From a virus, in IMG/VR virus record IMGVR_UViG_3300027754_005993, positions 53,773 through 117,772 of that record: DNA of 64,000 nucleotides. One strand, 5' to 3'. Shown here piece after piece: positions 28,235 to 37,811 of this stretch (positions are counted from its first letter, which is position 1; each line of letters opens with the position of its first letter). The notes beneath the pieces are model-generated. The model saw only the letters and a list, made by a program, of their open reading frames with translations. It searched no databases and was not told where the DNA came from. Both the position numbers and the translations under genes were made by a program.

Positions 28235-29226
28235 AGGTTTTAATTACTGGTGTTGCTGGTCTTTTAGGTTCTCGTCTTGCTGATTGGTTGATTGAGAATG
28301 ACAAAGCAACGGTGTATGGTATTGATGATCTTTCTGGTGGATACATCCAGAATGTAAATTCTAAAGTTGTTTTTTACAACTACGACCTTACAAGCAATAG
28401 CAAAAAAATAGAATATCTTTTCAAGGAACATAAGTTTGATTATGTCTTTCATTTTGCCGCATATGCTGCTGAAGGGTTAAGTCCTTTCATTCGTCAATAT
28501 AATTATGAAAATAATCTGATTGCAACTACAAAGTTGATCAATCTTAGCATCAAGCACAAGATCAAGAGATTTGTATTTACATCGACCATGGCAGTTTATG
28601 GCAATGGTGAAGTTCCCTTCAAGGAATCGCATCAGCAAGCACCAATAGATCCATATGGCATTGCAAAATATGCGTGTGAGATGGATCTCCATGTTGCAGG
28701 AGAACAGCATGGTCTTGATTGGTGTATCTTTAGACCTCACAATGTATATGGTGTCAATCAAAACATCTGGGACAAGTATAGAAATGTTTTAGGTATTTGG
28801 ATGTATCAGCATCTTAACGGTATGCCAATGACGATCTATGGTGATGGAGAGCAAACCAGAGCATTTAGTTATATTGATGACTGTGTTCCATACTTTTGGA
28901 TGGGTGCTATTGAAGATAAGGCATCAAAGCAAATATTCAATATTGGTGGAGATGATCATATTTCTATAAATGATGCTTGCAATTTGTTAATTGATGTGAT
29001 AGGATCTGGAACCAAACAACATCTTGAACAACGACATGAAGTAAAACATGCATGGGTGACGCATGATAAGATCAAGGATGTTCTTGGATATAAGCAAGTA
29101 ACAACTCTAAAAGACGGATTGAGTAAGATGTGGGAGTGGGCAAAAACTCAACCAATGCGTGAAAGAAAACTATGGTCGAAGTATGAATTAGATGTGGGCA
29201 TTTACAACTATTGGAAAGTGAAATAA
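28231..29226 (+). CDS. NAD-dependent sugar-nucleotide epimerase/dehydratase (extended SDR)
   Basis: GVAGLLG, YGIAK, RPHNVYG. Confidence 0.9.
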   Translation: MKVLITGVAGLLGSRLADWLIENDKATVYGIDDLSGGYIQNVNSKVVFYNYDLTSNSKKIEYLFKEHKFDYVFHFAAYAAEGLSPFIRQYNYENNLIATTKLINLSIKHKIKRFVFTSTMAVYGNGEVPFKESHQQAPIDPYGIAKYACEMDLHVAGEQHGLDWCIFRPHNVYGVNQNIWDKYRNVLGIWMYQHLNGMPMTIYGDGEQTRAFSYIDDCVPYFWMGAIEDKASKQIFNIGGDDHISINDACNLLIDVIGSGTKQHLEQRHEVKHAWVTHDKIKDVLGYKQVTTLKDGLSKMWEWAKTQPMRERKLWSKYELDVGIYNYWKVK

Positions 29227-29227
29227 T

Positions 29228-29863
29228 ATGGCACAAGGTGTACATAAAATTACAGAACAGTTCGAGGAAAAGGTAGCAGAATATACTGGTGCGCCTTATG
29301 CTGTTGCTCTTGACAACATGAGTAACGCATTGTTTCTTGCTTTGTATTATGAGAAAGTTCAAGGACTTGAGATCACAATACCAGCAAGAACTTATATGTC
29401 AGTTCCCTGTGAAATTATTCATGCTGGTGCAAAAGTAAAATTTGAACCAGTCGAAGGAACCAAGATCAAAGGTGGGTATCAACTAAAACCAACAAAGGTT
29501 TGGGATTGCGCATTGCAATTCACAACAAACATGTATGTGCCAAATACACATATGTGTTTATCTTTCACTGGACCATATAAGCATCTTAAATTGGGCAAGG
29601 GTGGCATGATAATTACTGATGATGTGGATGCGTACAAGTGGTTCAAGAAAGCAAGATTTAGTGGAAGAAATGAGTGTTCTTATCACGAAGATACATTTGA
29701 TATGTTGGGGTGGAACTTCTATATGATGCCAGAGATTGCTGCCCGTGGTCTTCTTCTGATGACACAGTTTTATAATCTTGATGGCACTCCAAAACACAAT
29801 CCAGATCTTGAATTACCATATCCAGATCTTTCAAAGCATCCAGTATATACAGATAGTAAATAA
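29228..29863 (+). CDS. Short DegT/DnrJ-family PLP aminotransferase-like protein
   Basis: FE...AEY.G..YAVA, SF...K.L..G.GG.I.T, G.NF.M. Confidence 0.75.
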   Translation: MAQGVHKITEQFEEKVAEYTGAPYAVALDNMSNALFLALYYEKVQGLEITIPARTYMSVPCEIIHAGAKVKFEPVEGTKIKGGYQLKPTKVWDCALQFTTNMYVPNTHMCLSFTGPYKHLKLGKGGMIITDDVDAYKWFKKARFSGRNECSYHEDTFDMLGWNFYMMPEIAARGLLLMTQFYNLDGTPKHNPDLELPYPDLSKHPVYTDSK

Positions 29864-30609
29864 TGATTCATATATTTTTTAGACATTATAATGTTGGTGG
29901 AAGCAATAATGCTGCAAGACAAGACAATCGTTATCAAGCACGATCTGCTCGTCGTTGGGGAAATGTAGACAATTGGTTTAATTATGAAAAAGTATTTTTA
30001 AATCTTCTTCGTACTACTGCTGGTGCTAATGTTAAGATTAATGTTGTTATGGATGGCATCATCGAAGAAAATTGGATTGCAAAATACAAAAATAAATTTA
30101 CACCATATGAAATTGTCGGTGGAACTGATTTTGCGTCATTTTTTCCAACAATGGATATTGTAAAAAATGATACATCTATTCGACAAAATGATATAGTTTA
30201 TCTTTTAGAAAATGATTATCTTCATGTTGATGGATGGGTTTCAAAGGTAGAAGAACTCTACACAATGTACAATGATAATGTAAGTTATGTTTCACTATAC
30301 GATCATTTGGATAAATACATTTATGATCATTATTCGCATTTGAGGGAAAAGATTATTATAACCAGAACCCATCACTGGAGAACTACCCCAAGCACAACGG
30401 GAACATTCATGTTAAGTAAGAAAATCTTCGATGAGGATTATGATGTTCATTCGACACGAAAAGAAGATCATGGTAAATTTGTATGGTTACAAGAAAATAG
30501 AAAAAGATTTCTGTTGACTCCTATCCCTGGATTATCAACTCATTGTGTTGGAGAATGTTCACCCACAATTGATTGGCAAGCAATTAGCGATAGAGAGGTA
30601 ATACAGTGA
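29863..30609 (+). CDS. Putative GT-A glycosyltransferase
   Basis: VYLLENDYLH, YVSLYDH.DKY, TP.PG.STH. Confidence 0.6.
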   Translation: MIHIFFRHYNVGGSNNAARQDNRYQARSARRWGNVDNWFNYEKVFLNLLRTTAGANVKINVVMDGIIEENWIAKYKNKFTPYEIVGGTDFASFFPTMDIVKNDTSIRQNDIVYLLENDYLHVDGWVSKVEELYTMYNDNVSYVSLYDHLDKYIYDHYSHLREKIIITRTHHWRTTPSTTGTFMLSKKIFDEDYDVHSTRKEDHGKFVWLQENRKRFLLTPIPGLSTHCVGECSPTIDWQAISDREVIQ

Positions 30610-30917
30610 ATACAGTTGAAGAATCGTATCGTGCATTGTCTTTGAGTGCATCGGATATAAATGATGCTTGCAATTTGTTAATTGATGTGGTAGGATCAGG
30701 TACTAAACAGCATCTCGAACAGAGACATGAAGTAAAACATGCATGGGTGACGCATGATAAGATCAAGGATGTTCTTGGATATAAGCAAGTGACATCTTTA
30801 AAAGATGGATTGGGTAAAATGTGGGAATGGGCAAAGACCCAACCCATGCGGGAGAGAAAGTTATGGGATAAGTATGAATTGGATAAAGGAATTTACAACT
30901 ATTGGAAAGTGAAATAA
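30606..30917 (+). pseudogene. Chimeric remnant: short unrelated N-terminus fused to a diverged copy of the epimerase C-terminal ~86 aa
   Basis: 30656-30917 matches 28965-29226 with mostly synonymous differences. Confidence 0.75.
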
Positions 30918-30919
30918 AA

Positions 30920-31444
30920 ATGAATAAACCAAATTTAAAACAAGAAAGAATGCATGGAATGGGAGATGCTGGTGGAGTTAATTATATAGAAGGATTAGAT
31001 GAACTTTGTTTATTTTTTAAAATGAACAAAAATCATAAAGTTCTAGAATTAGGTTGTAATGATGGAGTTAGCACATCTTTATTTGCATACTATGCTGATG
31101 TTGTTGATACTGTTGATATAGTTTTAACAGAAAAAATGAAAAATATTTTAAATTTTCATAAAAACATTAATTTTAAACAAGGAAGTATTTCTCAGATAGT
31201 TCCAAATTTAATTGATGATTATTATGATTTTATTTATATTGACGCAGATCATTCTTTTCATTCTGTAGTACATGATATAAATGTTAGTCTTCCAAAATTA
31301 AAAAAAACTGGAATAATGTCTGGACATGATTATATACCAGATAGTCCAACATTATTTGGAGTAAGTCAAGCAGTAAATAGTTTATTTAATATTGAAAAAA
31401 TTAAAGTTTTTTCTGATTATAGTTGGGCAATTATTGGAGAATAA
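30920..31444 (+). CDS. Class I SAM-dependent methyltransferase (Methyltransf_24-like)
   Basis: VLELGC..G.ST, DFIYIDADH, GHDY. Confidence 0.85.
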   Translation: MNKPNLKQERMHGMGDAGGVNYIEGLDELCLFFKMNKNHKVLELGCNDGVSTSLFAYYADVVDTVDIVLTEKMKNILNFHKNINFKQGSISQIVPNLIDDYYDFIYIDADHSFHSVVHDINVSLPKLKKTGIMSGHDYIPDSPTLFGVSQAVNSLFNIEKIKVFSDYSWAIIGE

Positions 31445-31501
31445 AATTCATGAAATGTTTAGTAATTGCAATGGTCTTACTATACTGAAACGAGTTGGTT
31501 C

Positions 31502-32221
31502 ATGATAGATTTATCAAAAGTAACTTTAGTCACTATAGATGGTACTGGCAAAGATACTTCCAAACTTATTGAAGTAATCGATATCTGCACTCGTAAAATA
31601 AACTTTGGGTCTGTTATTTTGATTACAGCAGATCCAGACATTCAGACTACTGCTAAAGTGACAATTCATACAATTGACAAGATGTCATATCCAGAGTATA
31701 ATACATTTTGTATAACGGATTTGAATAAATATGTCAATACAGAATTTTGTTTGATTGTTCAGACTGATGGATTTATCTGCAAACCAACAAACTGGACAGA
31801 TGAATTTTATAACTATGATTACATCGGTTGTCCGTGGATGGATGCCGAACCTGGATATTTTCCTTGGGTTACTGAACCAAAGTATCAAGTTGGTTGTGGT
31901 GGATTTTGTTTCCGTAGTAAGAAATTACTACAAACAGGAGCAAATATAAGCAGGGAATTTATCTCAAGAATGACACACGCAGGAATGGGTGAGGATGTAA
32001 TCATATGTGTATCACTGAGGGATTATTTTGAAAAAATGGATTGTAAGTTTCCAACAGGAGAATTTGCAAAGAAGTTTGCACTAGGGAGTGCTCCGCTAAA
32101 GGAAAATCAATTGGAAACTACATTTGGATTCCACAGCAATGAATATATGTCGGAAGTTAAAAAAATGATTGAAAGATGGGATGAATATGAAATTACAAGA
32201 AATACTAACAGAGGAAATTAA
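31502..32221 (+). CDS. DUF5672-like putative glycosyltransferase (second copy)
   Basis: QTDGF, YDYIGCPW, VGCGGFCFRS, GED, FGFH. Confidence 0.75.
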   Translation: MIDLSKVTLVTIDGTGKDTSKLIEVIDICTRKINFGSVILITADPDIQTTAKVTIHTIDKMSYPEYNTFCITDLNKYVNTEFCLIVQTDGFICKPTNWTDEFYNYDYIGCPWMDAEPGYFPWVTEPKYQVGCGGFCFRSKKLLQTGANISREFISRMTHAGMGEDVIICVSLRDYFEKMDCKFPTGEFAKKFALGSAPLKENQLETTFGFHSNEYMSEVKKMIERWDEYEITRNTNRGN

Positions 32222-32224
32222 TTT

Positions 32225-32764
32225 ATGAAAGTTAGACCAATGCGACCACTTGAAGGTGTACAAGGATTGATTGATATTTGCGATTTTGTTTCTAGTAACA
32301 TTAAAGTAGAAACTGCTTTAGAGTTGGGATCATATATTGGAGAATCAACTGTTACATTTGCTAAAAATTTTAAAGATTTAAAAATTTTGTATGCAGTCGA
32401 TCCGTTTAGTTTAAATTTTAATTCTGATAATTTATTTGATGAAGAAAATATAGAAGGAATAATGAACATTTTCTATAAAAATATTGAACAATATCCATCA
32501 ATCAAGCATATTAGAAAAGATTCAGAAAACGCATCAAAAGATTTTGAAAATAAAATTTTTGATTTCATTTATATTGATGGTTGTCACTCATTTGATTGTG
32601 TGATGAAGGATGTTAAATATTGGAAACCAAAAGTAAAAGAAAATTGTTATATGTCATTCCATGACATTGATTGGTATGAAGTTGTATCTGCATTATCTTT
32701 ACATTTTGATATCGATAACGGGTATATGACCAAAGACAACAGCATTACTTTTAGAGTTCAATAA
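32225..32764 (+). CDS. Class I SAM-dependent methyltransferase (Methyltransf_24-like)
   Basis: LELGSY.GEST, AVDP, DFIYIDG.H, HD. Confidence 0.85.
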   Translation: MKVRPMRPLEGVQGLIDICDFVSSNIKVETALELGSYIGESTVTFAKNFKDLKILYAVDPFSLNFNSDNLFDEENIEGIMNIFYKNIEQYPSIKHIRKDSENASKDFENKIFDFIYIDGCHSFDCVMKDVKYWKPKVKENCYMSFHDIDWYEVVSALSLHFDIDNGYMTKDNSITFRVQ

Positions 32765-32781
32765 AATTAAGAGGAATAAAA

Positions 32782-33585
32782 ATGCAAAGAAAAATATATG
32801 ATTGTTTTCAATTTTTTAACGAATTGGATATTCTTGATATTAGATTAAATGAATTGGATTCTCAAGTTGACTATTTTGTTATTGTTGAAGCAGAATTGAG
32901 TCATCAGTTAAAACCAAAACCATTATATTTTAAAGAAAATAAAGAAAGATATTCTAAATTCTTGCATAAGATCATTCATGTTGTTGTGCCAGCAGATAAA
33001 TTTGTATCGAATACGGTTCAGCATTTTGCTCATCATAATGATCAAATTCAAAGAAATTCTTTGAGAAATGGAATAGAAAATGCCAATGATGAAGATTTTA
33101 TTATTATATCTGATTTAGATGAAATTGTTTCTAGTAAAAAAATACAAGATTATAAAAATTCACAGTATTGGGAATCTCCAATACCTGTTATATTTGAACA
33201 AAATTTTTATTTATGGTATTTGAATGCAAGAGCAGACGGATTCCCTTGGATTAATTCTGGAATGTGTTTAAAGAAAGATTTAGAGGAAATTGGAACAAGA
33301 GGATTCAAGGATAACAAAACTTGTTTTACATTTCCTAGAATTAAAGATGGTGGTTGGCATTTTTCTTATATTGGAAATCCTAATACTGTAAAAACAAAAC
33401 TTGATAATTTTGCACATACAGAATTCTCTCATCTAACTATTGATGACTTAAAAAAGAATAGAGAAAATTTAATCGACCCATTAGGGAGAAAAGACGAAGG
33501 TATAAATATAGTTGTAGACTCAATACAGACTATGCCACAGTATGTGCAGGATAATATAGAAAAATTCAAGGACTTTTTAATATGA
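32782..33585 (+). CDS. Glycosyltransferase family 17 (MGAT3-like)
   Basis: YDCF.FFNELDIL.IRL.EL...VD.FVIVE, ISDLDEI, GGWHFSY, K...FAH.E. Confidence 0.85.
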   Translation: MQRKIYDCFQFFNELDILDIRLNELDSQVDYFVIVEAELSHQLKPKPLYFKENKERYSKFLHKIIHVVVPADKFVSNTVQHFAHHNDQIQRNSLRNGIENANDEDFIIISDLDEIVSSKKIQDYKNSQYWESPIPVIFEQNFYLWYLNARADGFPWINSGMCLKKDLEEIGTRGFKDNKTCFTFPRIKDGGWHFSYIGNPNTVKTKLDNFAHTEFSHLTIDDLKKNRENLIDPLGRKDEGINIVVDSIQTMPQYVQDNIEKFKDFLI

Positions 33586-34610
33586 AAAATATATTGGTTT
33601 TGGGTGGTGGGGGATTTATTGGTTCTCATCTCGTTAAACGACTTAAAAATGAAGGAAATTATGTAAAGGTATGTGATCTTAAATATCCAGAATATTCTGC
33701 AAGCACAGCAGATGATTTTATGATTGGAGATTTGCGCGATCAAGTGGTGTGCGACAAACTCTTTAATATGCATTATGACGAGGTTTATCAACTCGCTGCT
33801 GATATGGGTGGTGCAGGATATATCTTCACTGGAGAGAATGATGCAAATGTAATGCATAATTCCGCTCTTATCAATTTAAATATTGTTGAGCGTTGTATGC
33901 GTACTGGAGTAGGAAGAGTGTTTTATTCTTCATCTGCTTGCATGTACCCTGCATACAACCAGGAAGATCCAAATAATCCAAAGTGTTCAGAATCTTCCGC
34001 ATACCCTGCTGCACCAGATAGTGAGTATGGATGGGAGAAACTTTTCAGCGAAAGACTTTATCTATCTTATGCTCGCAATCATAAGTTGAATGTAAGGATT
34101 GCAAGATATCATAATATCTTTGGACCAGAAGGCACATGGAAGGGTGGCAAGGAGAAAGCACCAGCGGCACTTTGCCGTAAGGTTATAGAAGCAAAAAATG
34201 GCACGATTGATGTGTGGGGTACTGGAGAACAAACTCGGTCATTCCTATATATCGATGAGTGTGTTGAAGCAACTCTAAGATTGATGCGATCAGATTTTTC
34301 TGGTCCAGTGAATATTGGTTCAGAGGAAATGATAACAATTAATAATCTAGCAAAGATGGTTATTGATATCTCTGGAAAAGATGTTAAGATACACAATGTG
34401 AAAGGACCAGTTGGAGTTATGGGTAGAAATTCTGATAATAAACTCTATAAGGAAAAGATTGGTTGGGAACCATCGCAACCACTTTCTGTTGGTATTGAGA
34501 AAACTTACAAATGGATTGAAACTCAGCATGAGGATTGTTCGTCATTTACTAGCGTTCCAGTTCATGCAAATTCCGCACAACTGGACATGGAAGATAAACA
34601 TAGAAAGTAA
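33582..34610 (+). CDS. GDP-mannose 3,5-epimerase-like SDR
   Basis: GGGGFIG, QLAADMGGAG, YSSSAC.YP, YGWEKLF.E, R.HNIFGP.GTW.GG.EKAPAA.CRK. Confidence 0.88.
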   Translation: MKNILVLGGGGFIGSHLVKRLKNEGNYVKVCDLKYPEYSASTADDFMIGDLRDQVVCDKLFNMHYDEVYQLAADMGGAGYIFTGENDANVMHNSALINLNIVERCMRTGVGRVFYSSSACMYPAYNQEDPNNPKCSESSAYPAAPDSEYGWEKLFSERLYLSYARNHKLNVRIARYHNIFGPEGTWKGGKEKAPAALCRKVIEAKNGTIDVWGTGEQTRSFLYIDECVEATLRLMRSDFSGPVNIGSEEMITINNLAKMVIDISGKDVKIHNVKGPVGVMGRNSDNKLYKEKIGWEPSQPLSVGIEKTYKWIETQHEDCSSFTSVPVHANSAQLDMEDKHRK

Positions 34611-34611
34611 A

Positions 34612-34767
34612 ATGCATTACATCATCGTATATGAAGATGGTAAACCATTCTTGTCAATACCGACATATGAAAAGAATGTTGATGTGGACAAGATAGTCAA
34701 AGACTACAGATTGAATAAAACTGTAGTAATCAAAGTAGAAGAACAAGATAAATTTATAGGATGGTAA
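34612..34767 (+). CDS. Small hypothetical protein (51 aa)
   Basis: ATG 34612 just after the epimerase stop, in the frame of ORF 34411..34767. Confidence 0.45.
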   Translation: MHYIIVYEDGKPFLSIPTYEKNVDVDKIVKDYRLNKTVVIKVEEQDKFIGW

Positions 34768-34770
34768 ACA

Positions 34771-35637
34771 ATGAAAATTGTATTTTTTAATCATCACCCA
34801 GATGAAATGTATTGGCATATTAAAACTTTTGAAGCACTTGGTCATGATTGTCATGTTGCTACTAGAAAATTAACACTAGAATGTGGAGAGAATTATTGCT
34901 CTTTTGACGAAGAGGGGCATGTTCAAAAAGGTCCAGTATTCTATAAATGGGAACATCTTCACCCAGACATGAACTTGAAATTTACTGACACTATTCATGG
35001 ATTTGATGCTGCTGTTACAATCAGTGGAAAGATTCCATATGTGCTCGCACCAAAAATGAAAGTCTTTGCTTGCGTAGTAGTTAAGTTTGATATTGATAAG
35101 TTTAATGGTGTGGATAATATCATCAAGATCATAGCACATCCAGATGCTAAACAATGGAATGGACATTTTGTTCCAAAGTTTGTTCCGCAATATGGAAAGA
35201 TCGGTCCACAGACTTATATCAGTCAGTTGATGGAGAGATATTATACCATGTATCTTGCAGACTTGATGAAGTTGAAGCAAGAAGGATTCCCAGTCATTGT
35301 TTCTGGTGCAATCGAAGCACCAGATGGAGTTGTTCACGATCTTCGTCTATTGGAACAAACTAGATTTCTAGTTCACGACAAGGCATATGGGATTTCATGT
35401 GGTGCTGTTCTCAAAGCATTGGACTCTGGATGTAAAATTTATATGACAAAGAAAAATAGAATTGAAACTGGTCTTTCTGATATTCCAGATGAATGTTTCA
35501 TATTTAATGATGATATATCAATTAAAGATGCATACGATAAGTATGCTGATTATGATAAATCTCATATTCAAACCTTGTTTAGAAATGTGAGAAATTTAGA
35601 TAATGCTGTCAACCATTTATCCAATTTACTAAAATGA
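34771..35637 (+). CDS. Hypothetical protein, possibly GT-B glycosyltransferase-like
   Basis: 288-aa ORF in the island; VH.K..G..CGAVLKA...G. Confidence 0.5.
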   Translation: MKIVFFNHHPDEMYWHIKTFEALGHDCHVATRKLTLECGENYCSFDEEGHVQKGPVFYKWEHLHPDMNLKFTDTIHGFDAAVTISGKIPYVLAPKMKVFACVVVKFDIDKFNGVDNIIKIIAHPDAKQWNGHFVPKFVPQYGKIGPQTYISQLMERYYTMYLADLMKLKQEGFPVIVSGAIEAPDGVVHDLRLLEQTRFLVHDKAYGISCGAVLKALDSGCKIYMTKKNRIETGLSDIPDECFIFNDDISIKDAYDKYADYDKSHIQTLFRNVRNLDNAVNHLSNLLK

Positions 35638-36470
35638 TATCGGTATTTGGATCTAGTGGATTTATTGGGTCTAGATTTGTTGATACATTCAAAGACAAAT
35701 GTATCGCTATACCTAGAGAATGTAATACACCACAATCTAATACTGTTCTTTATTTAATAAGCACAGTTGATAATTATAATGTATATACAGATCCATATTT
35801 GGATGTTAATACAAATCTCATAAAACTAATAAATGTTCTTGAACAGTGTAAAAACTTTTCAGAACCATTAACATTTAATTTTATCAGTTCTTGGTTTGTG
35901 TATGGAAAGACTAATGAATTTCCAGCAAAGGAAACTTCAATTTGCAATCCCAGAGGATTTTATTCGATTACTAAATATGCAGCAGAAAGAATGGTTGAAT
36001 CTTATTGTGAAACTTTTAACATCAACTATAAGATAATGCGATTGACCAATATAATTGGTCCTGGTGACAAAAAAGTATCCAATAAGAAGAATGCATTGCA
36101 ATATATGTTCAATCAGTTGAAATCCAATGATCAGGTCAAATTGTATAATAATGGAGAAGTTATTAGAGATTATATGGGTGTTGATGATTGTTGTAATGCT
36201 ATAATGACATGTATTGATAATGCAGATAATAAATCCATAACAAATATTTCCAATTCAGAACCAACAAAGATAAAAGATATAATCAATTATGCTAAAGTTA
36301 AGTTAAATTCTCAAAGTGAAATATTATCAATAGATACACCACAATTTCATAAAACTGTTCAAATTGAGAACATGTATCTTGACAATACCGCTCTTTGTAT
36401 GCTAGGATATACACCAAAAAGCACTGTGTATCAGTGCGTAGATTCTATATTGAAAATAAACAATGATTAA
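35634..36470 (+). CDS. NAD-dependent epimerase/reductase (extended SDR)
   Basis: GSSGFIG, ISS..VYG, YSITK. Confidence 0.85.
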   Translation: MISVFGSSGFIGSRFVDTFKDKCIAIPRECNTPQSNTVLYLISTVDNYNVYTDPYLDVNTNLIKLINVLEQCKNFSEPLTFNFISSWFVYGKTNEFPAKETSICNPRGFYSITKYAAERMVESYCETFNINYKIMRLTNIIGPGDKKVSNKKNALQYMFNQLKSNDQVKLYNNGEVIRDYMGVDDCCNAIMTCIDNADNKSITNISNSEPTKIKDIINYAKVKLNSQSEILSIDTPQFHKTVQIENMYLDNTALCMLGYTPKSTVYQCVDSILKINND

Positions 36471-37800
36471 TTTAAACACTGATAATCTTATTAAAGAAAA
36501 GTTATCAAAATTGATAACAGAGATTGTGATTTCATCTAAAAAAGAATGGATTCCAGGTATTGATTGGATTTCATATGCTGGATCTTTTATGGATGAAAAC
36601 GAGTATATTGCTGCCGTCGAATGCCTATTGGATGGTTGGTTTGCTCTCGGTGAAAATGGTATTAAATTTGAAAGACAATTTAAATTTCATATAGGGAAAA
36701 ATTATGGGTTATTGACGAATAGTGGATCTAGTGCAAATTTATTGATGGTTTCTGCGCTTAAATCTAAAAATTTATACAATTTGCCAGTAGGATCAAAAAT
36801 AATAACTCCATGTGCTGGATTTCCAACAACAGTAAATCCAATATTGCAAAATGGTTTTGTTCCTGTTTTTGTGGATATAGAAATTGAGACTCTTAATATT
36901 GATTTGGATCAATTTGAAAAGGCAGCAAAAGATGGAGCAAGTGCAGTAATTTTTGCACATGTTTTAGGTAATCCTCCAAACATGGATCGTGTTATGGAGA
37001 TCGTAGACAAATATAATCTTATTTTACTTGAAGATTGTTGTGATGCTCTTGGTAGTTCTTTTGATGGTAAACTTTTGGGATCGTTTGGTCAATTTGCATC
37101 ATGTTCTTTTTACCCAGCACACCATATTACAATGGGAGAAGGTGGATTTGTTGGATGTAGAACAGAAGAACAAGAAACAGTAATTAGAAGTATTCGTGAT
37201 TGGGGTAGAGGTTGCTATTGCTCTGGTAAAGGTTCTGCTTGCCTGAAGAATGGAATGTGTAAAAAGAGATTCAGCAATTGGTTGCCAGATATGCCAGATG
37301 TAATTTTTGATCACAAATATATTTACGATGAAATTGGTTATAATTTAAAACCACTAGATTTGCAAGCAGCTATTGGTCTAGTTCAGATTAAAAAAATACC
37401 TGAAATTATAAAAATAAGAAAGAATAATTTTAACAGATTATATTCTATATTTTCGAAATATGAAACAATATTTCATTTGCCCAAAGCAACTCAAAATTCA
37501 GATCCTTCATGGTTTGCATTTCCATTGACCGTGAGGGATGGTGTTCAGTTAAATAGATCTGATTTTACTTTATATCTTGAAAATTGTAAAATACAGACTA
37601 GAAATTATTTTGGTGGTAATTTATTACTTCAACCAGCTTATCGTGGATTGTATAGTGGAAACGCAATGATAGATTTTCCAGTTGCAACAAAAATTACAAA
37701 AGATACTTTCTTTTTAGGTACAAGTCCAGTAATTTCAGATCAACAACTTGTCTACATAGAAGAGAAAGTGAATGAATATTTTCAGTCAGTCAAGTTTTAA
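36463..37800 (+). CDS. rfbH: CDP-4-keto-6-deoxyglucose 3-dehydrase (RfbH/DdhC, E1)
   Basis: NSGSSANL, FPTTVNP, EDCCDALGS, SFYPAHHITMGEGG (His replacing Lys), RDWGRGCYC Fe-S region, DHKY.Y..IGYNLK. Confidence 0.9.
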   Translation: MINLNTDNLIKEKLSKLITEIVISSKKEWIPGIDWISYAGSFMDENEYIAAVECLLDGWFALGENGIKFERQFKFHIGKNYGLLTNSGSSANLLMVSALKSKNLYNLPVGSKIITPCAGFPTTVNPILQNGFVPVFVDIEIETLNIDLDQFEKAAKDGASAVIFAHVLGNPPNMDRVMEIVDKYNLILLEDCCDALGSSFDGKLLGSFGQFASCSFYPAHHITMGEGGFVGCRTEEQETVIRSIRDWGRGCYCSGKGSACLKNGMCKKRFSNWLPDMPDVIFDHKYIYDEIGYNLKPLDLQAAIGLVQIKKIPEIIKIRKNNFNRLYSIFSKYETIFHLPKATQNSDPSWFAFPLTVRDGVQLNRSDFTLYLENCKIQTRNYFGGNLLLQPAYRGLYSGNAMIDFPVATKITKDTFFLGTSPVISDQQLVYIEEKVNEYFQSVKF

Positions 37801-37811
37801 GAGTATTAATT

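Noticed and set aside
28965-30917. Diversity-generating retroelement TR/VR pair
   Set aside because: The differences are mostly synonymous and not restricted to adenines, and no reverse transcriptase is present in the window.
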